NCBI GenBank assembly: GCA_030537315.1
Contig: JAUNNZ010000007.1
Coordinates: 381 to 64,380, forward strand
Length of the DNA stretch: 64,000 nucleotides
Source: Bacteroidia bacterium
Lineage (GTDB): Bacteria > Bacteroidota > Bacteroidia > Bacteroidales > UBA932
Direction of reading: 5' to 3'
Shown here: piece after piece, positions 57,538 to 64,000 of the stretch
Numbering within the stretch: position 1 is the first letter of the stretch
How the letters are laid out: each line of letters starts with the position of its first letter
Notes under the pieces: model-generated
Told to the model about the DNA's origin: nothing
The model's database searches: none
What the model saw: the letters and a program-made list of their open reading frames with translations, nothing else
Position numbers and translations under genes: made by a program

Positions 57538-57569
57538 TTTGCGTAATTAAAGATCGTGCCTTATATTTG
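57538..57569 (+). promoter_or_regulatory. Bacteroidota sigma-A promoter (TTTG-N20-TATATTTG)
   Basis: Both -33 and -7 elements at canonical spacing, upstream of the ATG at 57585. Confidence 0.7.
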
Positions 57570-57584
57570 CAAAAACCTCAACGT

Positions 57585-58706
57585 ATGAACAGGAATCCAT
57601 TCATCACATTCGGGTATGAAGGGCCGGAATACTTCTGTGACAGGCAGCATGAGACTACAGAACTGACAAGCCTTCTGATGAACGGCAACAATGTCGTCCT
57701 CATATCACCGCGCCGTATGGGAAAAACAGGTCTTCTCTACCATTGCTTCGGACAGGAGGAAGTTCGAAAGCGATACACGACATTCATCATCGACATACTC
57801 TCGACATCGAACCTCTCCGACCTTGTAGTTACGATGGGGAAGGCAATCCTGACGCAGCTGATGCCATCAGGCCAGCGGGCCATAGCGAAGTTCACGAGAG
57901 CCGTGTCGTCCCTGCGTCCCACGATCACGATGGACCCTATGGGGAATGCAAATTTCAGCATTGAGGTGACTCAGCTTGGTGCTCCTGAGTATTCTCTGGA
58001 ACAGATATTCAAGTACATCGAGGAAGCGGACAGACCGGTACTGGTCGCTATGGACGAGTTCCAGCAAATAACCTGCTATCCGGAAAAGAATGTGGAGGCA
58101 GTGCTCCGCACGTACATCCAGCGTTCAAGGAACTCGACTTGGGTGTTCTCCGGATCATCGCGTCACCTGCTCTCGGAGATGTTTCTCGCCCCGTCAAGGC
58201 CGTTCTATGCGTCGACCTCGATGCTTTCGCTGGAATGTATCCCCGTTGGGACGTATTCGGAATTCGCCGTAAGCCTTTTCAGAAGGAACGGCAAAGACCT
58301 CGACATTGAGGTCCCGCAAATGGTGTACAAGAAGTTCGACGGAGTGACCTGGTTCATGCAGAAGGTGATGAACAGGCTGTATTCCGAAACGGGCAACGGC
58401 CAAATATGTGATGTATCAATGGTTGAGGACACGATAAAGGAGATGGTGGAAGGCAATGGAGCCATCTACACCGATCTTCTGTATCAGCTGGCGCCAAGGC
58501 AGAAGGAGCTTCTTATAGCGATCAACAAGGAAGGTAAGGCCGAGTCGATAACTGGCGGCAAGTTCATCAAGAAGCACTCCCTCCAAAGCCCGAGCACGGT
58601 GCAGACTGCGGCCAGGGCTCTGGTGGACAGGCAGATTGTAACCTTTAATCAGGGCACATACGAGGTGTACGACAAGTTCTTTTCGATGTGGCTGGCATCC
58701 AGATAG
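57585..58706 (+). CDS. AAA-family ATP-binding protein with probable C-terminal winged helix
   Basis: NPF...G, FCDR..E, Walker A SPRRMGKT, Walker B MDEFQ, D.FF..WL end. Confidence 0.85.
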   Translation: MNRNPFITFGYEGPEYFCDRQHETTELTSLLMNGNNVVLISPRRMGKTGLLYHCFGQEEVRKRYTTFIIDILSTSNLSDLVVTMGKAILTQLMPSGQRAIAKFTRAVSSLRPTITMDPMGNANFSIEVTQLGAPEYSLEQIFKYIEEADRPVLVAMDEFQQITCYPEKNVEAVLRTYIQRSRNSTWVFSGSSRHLLSEMFLAPSRPFYASTSMLSLECIPVGTYSEFAVSLFRRNGKDLDIEVPQMVYKKFDGVTWFMQKVMNRLYSETGNGQICDVSMVEDTIKEMVEGNGAIYTDLLYQLAPRQKELLIAINKEGKAESITGGKFIKKHSLQSPSTVQTAARALVDRQIVTFNQGTYEVYDKFFSMWLASR

Positions 58707-58749
58707 GCAAGTAAGAGTTGCTGTCTTACCGCTTCATTGCTTATTCTGA

Positions 58750-59085
58750 TCAGAAAGCCAACCTATAACTGAAGTTCGGCATAATAGGCAGGATAGCTAT
58801 CTCATTCCAGGTTTCCGTTGTCCCGTCGAAGTAAAGCATAAACGGGTTGAAGTGATTCGTGACGTTGCACACGCCAAGGTTCACCTTGTGCCCGACTTTG
58901 CCAGTCACGAACTCGAACTGATAACCCAGATCCAAACGCAGGACCGTCGGCATACGGTAATTGTTTATGCTTGAGAAATACTTGGCTGTCCAGTCTTTAC
59001 CGGGAAGGTGAAGTACGTATGTTTCTGCGGCTCCGTTCTCCCAGTTGCCGCTCTGAAGGATTAACGTGACACAGATACCCTTCCA
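58750..59085 (-). pseudogene. Orphan 3' fragment (about 111 aa) of the TonB-dependent receptor at 60698..62947
   Basis: Open frame WKGICVTLILQSGNWENGAAET...PNFSYRLAF preceded by TAG; 59030-59079 is identical to 60978-61027 and the remainder has diverged. Confidence 0.85.
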
Positions 59086-59094
59086 CTATTAAAC

Positions 59095-60696
59095 TTAGTT
59101 ATTCCTTTTTTTAGGATATACGACCCCCATCTCTGGCAGGACCGTGTCTAAAATATATGTCGGGGCTTCGTCCAAAACAATCCAGTCCCTCTCAACAGTC
59201 AACTTAACTTCCTTGTAGGCGTTTTCATCAATCTTATCCACGACCAATGCAACACGGCTTGATGTGAACGGGTCGACATATTCGCTGACAGCGTTTCCTT
59301 TATTTATCATCTGGCTAATATGAACGGTTTGATAACAGATTCCTCTCCCTTTATCCTCTGTAAGGAAATAGTCAAACAGGAAAGGAAGATTGAACGCGAG
59401 CTCTGTATAATACACGACCAGGACAGTCTTATTTGAGAAGTCCACCGGTCCGTATCCATCCAAGCCGTGGGCTCGGAGTTCTTCATCGGAATTAACGCTG
59501 AATATAGGGCACAGTATTCCTTGGCTGTTAATGTCTTTTGATGTATCATATTTCGGCCCATATTTCCACTCCTCAGGATGTCCTGCCTTGACCTCGTAGT
59601 CAAGGATGGTAAACGGGTGATGAGCCACCCAGTTAATTAATAATGAAATGTCTGTAAAATCCACTTTCTTTTTAAGGTCAGTGAGCAAGAATGGGCCTTC
59701 CCCCCAGTATCGGTCGTCATCCCAGAGAAGAGTTTTCTCCACCTTTGCGCCGAATATGCCCGTTGCACCATTGATATTGGAATAGATATTGTCACGGAGA
59801 AACATATCTGACAGGTTCGACGATGTGCTTATCTGCTCCATCTTGTAACAGTCGGAGAGGAACTTGTCATAATCCTCAGAAGAAGCAATGTAGTGTAGCT
59901 CAGAGAATCTCTTTTCGCTATGGACGAAGTCTGTCGGATCAACCAGACAATTCCGGAAGTCGCCCGACACCAGGAACTCTGTTCTCTCTCCCTCCCTCTT
60001 CGGGAATCGCAGATATTGGTGATGCCCCACGGCGCCGTCCAAGTCCGGATAAGTCGATGTTCCAAAGTAGCACCCCCAGAGGCTCCTTTCACTGCGGGAA
60101 TCATACACAGATGATCCGAGTTCATTAAAACCGTCCACTTCCGGAAAATCCGTATATAGAATCTCTGTCATTTCCTCAGTTGAAGCCACATCTTCTGGGT
60201 GGTTTATGCCGTAGAACCAAACCGGTGTATTTAACGTGTCAACGGAAAAAATATACCCGTGGACATGCCGATAATTGGTGTCTTCTGGAAGGTTTTCCCT
60301 CCACCAGTTCCACTTCGCTTCTACTGACGGCTCCTGCGGCATAGTCTGCTCTGCCCATATAGGCTCGTGACCGGGAACAGAAATGTCCAGACGATAATGG
60401 TGTGAAGGGATGGCGGCATACGGCATTTGCCAAGAGCCGTCCGATACACGTTCGAAGCGGCCGACCTCGTTCCCTTCCGTCAAGTCCGTCAAAACAGCAG
60501 ATGCCTTTGGCAGATCTGGAGCCTTTTCACGTGATGCCCCTTTTGTATATGTCAGATACAGTGTCTGCATCGGTTTATCACTCAGCACACACTCTACCAC
60601 AACTTCAGGATCTTCCATCGCGTCCATAGTAATGTCTCTGACGCAGGACGGCACAAGCAACAAAACGAGAAGGAAAGTCAATATTATCTTATTCAT
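59095..60696 (-). CDS. DUF4249-like lipoprotein with extended C-terminus
   Basis: Likely start MNKIIL at 60696; lipobox VPSC; VVVECVL, YRLDI.VPG, YSNINGATGIFG. Confidence 0.75.
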   Translation of the reverse strand: MNKIILTFLLVLLLVPSCVRDITMDAMEDPEVVVECVLSDKPMQTLYLTYTKGASREKAPDLPKASAVLTDLTEGNEVGRFERVSDGSWQMPYAAIPSHHYRLDISVPGHEPIWAEQTMPQEPSVEAKWNWWRENLPEDTNYRHVHGYIFSVDTLNTPVWFYGINHPEDVASTEEMTEILYTDFPEVDGFNELGSSVYDSRSERSLWGCYFGTSTYPDLDGAVGHHQYLRFPKREGERTEFLVSGDFRNCLVDPTDFVHSEKRFSELHYIASSEDYDKFLSDCYKMEQISTSSNLSDMFLRDNIYSNINGATGIFGAKVEKTLLWDDDRYWGEGPFLLTDLKKKVDFTDISLLINWVAHHPFTILDYEVKAGHPEEWKYGPKYDTSKDINSQGILCPIFSVNSDEELRAHGLDGYGPVDFSNKTVLVVYYTELAFNLPFLFDYFLTEDKGRGICYQTVHISQMINKGNAVSEYVDPFTSSRVALVVDKIDENAYKEVKLTVERDWIVLDEAPTYILDTVLPEMGVVYPKKRNN

Positions 60697-60697
60697 A

Positions 60698-62947
60698 TCA
60701 GAATTCAATTCTATAGCTGAAGTTCGGCAGAAACGGAAGAAGGGCGAGTTCTTTCCAGGATTCTGATCCAGTGTCGAAATATAACATAAACGGGTTGAAG
60801 TGGTTGGTGACATTGCACACGCCAATGTTGACCTTGTGTTCCACAGATCCAGTCATAAAGCCGAACTGGTAGCCGAGATCAAGACGGATTACGGTCGGCA
60901 TATGGTAGTTGTTCACTCCCGAGTAATACTTTGCGGTCCACTCTTTGCCAGGGAGGTGCAGTTGAAAGGTCTCGGCTGCTCCGTTCTCCCAGTTGCCGCT
61001 CTGAAGGATTAACGTGACACAGATACCTTTCCATTGAGCCATAGCATTCAGCACGTGGCTACGGTCGAAACGTGCGTGGAAAGGAAGTCCGTTGTTGGTC
61101 TCCTTGAAGTTGTGACGGTCGGTCTTCGACAGAGTGTATGCCAGGCGTGAATAGAAGTCTTTCCCCTGATACTCAAAGAGGAACTCCGCTCCGTAAGCAG
61201 TGCCTTTGCCGAAATCGACATTGTCCTCCCAGGTGGCCAACGCTCCGCTGAAAAGTGATGGGGCATATTTATAGAAAATGAGGCCGTCCATTGCCTTGTA
61301 GAACCCTCCAAACGACACGGAGACATTGTCAAACTTGGCAGTAAGGCCGACATTGCCCTGCAGGGCTGTCTCGGGGACTACCTTCGGCCCGGTCGGCACA
61401 ATCATATCCAGGGACCAGCCTACCGGCATTCCCTCCAAGGAATGGTAGTACTGGACCATCCTGTCGGCCGTCAGTTCCAGCGACAGCCATTCCGTAAAGT
61501 TGACTTTAGCTGAAATATTCCCTTCAATGTCGAAACGTCCACCGTTGTCACTCGCAAGATTGTTGAAGTAATGGCAACGTACAACGGCTTTCGCCGCGAA
61601 CTTGTTTTTAGAAGTGTATTCACCCTGAACCCAAACAGTGGAGAGTAAAGTGTTTGTGTGAGGGTCTTCTCCTGATACTTGTCCCGGTGCGAACTGAGCC
61701 CACCGCAAGTTGAATCCCTCGTTCAGAGAGAAGCCTCGCGGCAAGGTGTGCCGGATATTGCCGGCAAGGGCATACTCATTTAGGCGCGACTGCAAAGACA
61801 GATTGTTCTTAGTATAACGGTACCATTTCTCCTGTTCCTGTCTACTCCCGAAGCCGTTGGCAGAAGCGGTCAACTCCATCCTAATATTCTCACTATAGTG
61901 ACGGAACCTGAGCAAACCGATAATGTTATTCCACGCCATCAACTCATACGAAGCGTCGGGAGTGTTGAATCCATAGCTGTCAAGACTACCGAGGAACGAT
62001 GCGTCTAATGAACTATGTGCTCCGGTCTGCATTCTTATCTTGGCATAGACATCTCCGACATTGGCACTGAAGTTACTCAGACCACTCACCAGCTCAGGAA
62101 GAGAGCTTTGGACAGCACGGTACTCCCAAGTCAGTGGAGAATATCGGATAGAAAGCAAATAGGACAGTTTCTGCCCGAGCGGGCCCTCGGTGCTGGCGCT
62201 TGCAAGAAAATTGTTCAGTGCCACACTTGTCCTTTGGACATCGGAAGGCTCCTTTGTGACCATTCGCAAGTGAGCCGCGGTGAAGTTGCTGTCTCCACCG
62301 TCAAATCCACCCTTAGCCAGCGACGCGCTCTCAACTATGTCTGACGGGACGATTGTAGTAAGGCCGAGTATGTGGGAATAGCCATAGACCGGCACACCGT
62401 CCAGTGAGAAAAGATTATTGCCGGCATTGCCGCCACGAACATACATCGAAGTGGTGCCGTCTGCACCGGTAGTTACTCCAGGAAGGCTCTGAGCCCAGCG
62501 GACGGCATCGCCTTCTCCCAATGGAGACGACAATACGCGAATGGCGTTCAGGCTGGTTTGCAAACGCCCCAGGCCCATCTCTATGCGGCGGAAATCTGTC
62601 ATTACCGCCGCCTGCAGAGTGTCCATTCGGACATTCGGCTCATCGAAAATGGCTGGCTGTTCAATCTTGACGGGAGCATCCGGCTTCGCGGCCGTCAGAA
62701 CAATGAACTGCTTCCTTCTTTCCCATCTGATGCCGCTGTCCTTGAACAAGGCATCGAGGTTTTCTTCAAGTTTGCCCTTTGCCAAACTCTTTCCTTTGTA
62801 TGGCGAGCCGACCGGCAGCGCAGGGTCATACACGAAATTGACCCCGTGCCTGTCGGCTATCTGCACCATCCCGTCCTTTATGGTCATCTGAGCCAGAACC
62901 GGGATGGAGAGAGCCAAAGCCATTATGACTGTCAGCAGCTTTCTCAT
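60698..62947 (-). CDS. TonB-dependent receptor with N-terminal STN-like signalling domain
   Basis: VNFVYD...L..LF..SGI.W; plug GEGD....QSLPGV, VRGG....NL..LDGVPVY; C-terminal Phe. Confidence 0.9.
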   Translation of the reverse strand: MRKLLTVIMALALSIPVLAQMTIKDGMVQIADRHGVNFVYDPALPVGSPYKGKSLAKGKLEENLDALFKDSGIRWERRKQFIVLTAAKPDAPVKIEQPAIFDEPNVRMDTLQAAVMTDFRRIEMGLGRLQTSLNAIRVLSSPLGEGDAVRWAQSLPGVTTGADGTTSMYVRGGNAGNNLFSLDGVPVYGYSHILGLTTIVPSDIVESASLAKGGFDGGDSNFTAAHLRMVTKEPSDVQRTSVALNNFLASASTEGPLGQKLSYLLSIRYSPLTWEYRAVQSSLPELVSGLSNFSANVGDVYAKIRMQTGAHSSLDASFLGSLDSYGFNTPDASYELMAWNNIIGLLRFRHYSENIRMELTASANGFGSRQEQEKWYRYTKNNLSLQSRLNEYALAGNIRHTLPRGFSLNEGFNLRWAQFAPGQVSGEDPHTNTLLSTVWVQGEYTSKNKFAAKAVVRCHYFNNLASDNGGRFDIEGNISAKVNFTEWLSLELTADRMVQYYHSLEGMPVGWSLDMIVPTGPKVVPETALQGNVGLTAKFDNVSVSFGGFYKAMDGLIFYKYAPSLFSGALATWEDNVDFGKGTAYGAEFLFEYQGKDFYSRLAYTLSKTDRHNFKETNNGLPFHARFDRSHVLNAMAQWKGICVTLILQSGNWENGAAETFQLHLPGKEWTAKYYSGVNNYHMPTVIRLDLGYQFGFMTGSVEHKVNIGVCNVTNHFNPFMLYFDTGSESWKELALLPFLPNFSYRIEF

Positions 62948-63408
62948 CTCTCTACCGTAATATCAATGGACAGCGCCTTTTCGATAAGCGACACGATGAA
63001 GTCAATGTCATCATCCGGGAAAGTCGCGGTCAGACGCCTGTCGGTCTGTCCTGTGGTGAGGGTGCAATGGTAGTATGCTGAAAGCTCATTGAGGACATCC
63101 GATATCGGGGCATCCTCGTATACGAATTCGTGGGTGACGGCAACGTCAGGATTGAGAACGACAATCTCCTGCTGCAGTGGCTCCGCCTGCCGCGCATTCT
63201 TTATAGTGGACACGATACCAACGCCTGCAGCGAATGCTATCGCCACAGAAGCTGCCGCCGCAGCTGCCGTGGTCCACCAACGGCGTCTGTGGCAGCCCTC
63301 CGCCGCCGTTGCTTCGTTGAATCTGGATATCGCCTTTCGGGTGTTAAACCTTTCCTTGTCATACCTGGAGGCCACAAAGCGCAGGTCATCTTCGTTGAAT
63401 TCTGTCAT
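62944..63408 (-). CDS. Short FecR-like anti-sigma (TM + C-terminal DUF4974-like domain)
   Basis: WW.AAAAA TM; F.YED.PI.DVL.EL..YY, LTATF; lies between the ECF sigma and the receptor. Confidence 0.7.
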   Translation of the reverse strand: MTEFNEDDLRFVASRYDKERFNTRKAISRFNEATAAEGCHRRRWWTTAAAAAASVAIAFAAGVGIVSTIKNARQAEPLQQEIVVLNPDVAVTHEFVYEDAPISDVLNELSAYYHCTLTTGQTDRRLTATFPDDDIDFIVSLIEKALSIDITVER

Positions 63409-63463
63409 AGCAAAATGTTCTTCTCATTGCTATGACGTTGAAAAATCAAAAAGTGGCTACTCG

Positions 63464-63964
63464 CTATGCGAAAATAAACAGAAAAATTTTCTTCGCTCCT
63501 TCGCGGAGGGTCTTGAGGGCCTTGGTAATATGGGCGTGCACTGTGTTCTCAGAGATGCCGAGCTGCGATGCAATCTCGGAATACGTCATCCCGTCACGCT
63601 TGTTCATTAGAAATATCTCCCTTCTCTTTTCAGGAAGCCGGTCTATGGCTGTCCATAGCCGGGCCCAGATGAAGGAACGTTCCTCTACATCTTCATCTAC
63701 AACATCGTAATCAATGCATTCTGTTCCTGCCGCGTCCGCCCTTCTCAGCACATCGAGGCACTTGTTATGCACCGCCTTGTAAAGATAGGATTTCGGGGAA
63801 GACGGAACCGACATTCCATCCTGCAGCCTGTTCCAATAAGAAATGAACGCCTCCTGCACCAGATCCTCCACTGCTTCCGGATCGGTCAGAAACTTTGAGG
63901 CATAAAGACACAGCGGCCGGTAATACAACCGGAACAGAGAGTCTATGTCTTCATATTTGCCCAT
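63464..63964 (-). CDS. ECF RNA polymerase sigma-70 factor (FecI-like)
   Basis: LF..YYRPLC.YA, EDLVQE.F, YLY.AVHN.CLD, LPEKRREIF, TY.EIA..LGIS.NTV. Confidence 0.93.
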   Translation of the reverse strand: MGKYEDIDSLFRLYYRPLCLYASKFLTDPEAVEDLVQEAFISYWNRLQDGMSVPSSPKSYLYKAVHNKCLDVLRRADAAGTECIDYDVVDEDVEERSFIWARLWTAIDRLPEKRREIFLMNKRDGMTYSEIASQLGISENTVHAHITKALKTLREGAKKIFLFIFA

Positions 63965-63969
63965 CCCGC

Positions 63970-63977
63970 CAAAAGTA
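63970..63977 (-). promoter_or_regulatory. Possible -7 element (TACTTTTG) just upstream of the sigma gene
   Basis: TAnnTTTG match 5 nt from the ATG, which would imply a nearly leaderless transcript. Confidence 0.4.
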
Positions 63978-64000
63978 CGAAATTTTGCATAACAAAAAAA

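Noticed and set aside
57585-58706. AAA ATPase as a defence system or transposition helper
   Set aside because: Solitary gene of a widespread family; no partner nuclease, transposase or terminal repeats visible
1-64000. CRISPR arrays, tRNA/rRNA genes, IS elements
   Set aside because: None seen; the intergenic spaces are too short and lack the expected repeats or structures

Overview
Bacteroidales chromosome segment, judged from the TAnnTTTG promoters, Bacteroidota-type T6SS genes, TonB/DUF4249 modules and a dcw cluster without murF. The left 24.7 kb is one tightly coupled minus-strand operon that runs off the left edge. It encodes a Bacteroidota-type (T6SSiii-like) contractile injection machine: ClpV/TssH, TssB, TssC, four Hcp/TssD-like proteins, PAAR (DUF4280), a long VgrG, TssG, TssK, TssE and TssF. 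Interleaved with these structural genes is an apparently complete ubiquitin-like conjugation cascade: a ThiF/E1 between vgrG and tssG, a beta-grasp Ubl ending in Gly directly after tssF, a UBC-fold E2 with HPNI...GHVCL, and a membrane receptor-like protein (lipoprotein-vWA-TM-RING-6TM-FHA) that looks like an E3. The usual T6SSiii membrane-complex genes (tssN/O/P/Q/R) and effector-immunity pairs are not recognisable in the window. The operon instead carries a ribosome-recycling-factor paralogue, a stand-alone spike-like beta-repeat protein, a PEGA protein and uncharacterised exported proteins. This T6SS plus Ubl/E1/E2/RING locus is the main candidate for an undescribed system. The rest of the window holds a short peptide plus two fimbrillin-like lipoproteins, the dcw cluster (mraZ to ftsZ), gltX, rpiB, truB, hexuronate genes (uxaC, kdgK, eda, exuT-like), an ECF/DUF4252 module, two TonB-receptor/DUF4249 modules (one followed by an orphan duplicate of the receptor C-terminus) and an AAA ATPase. 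All family assignments are from motif recognition by eye; no searches were run.
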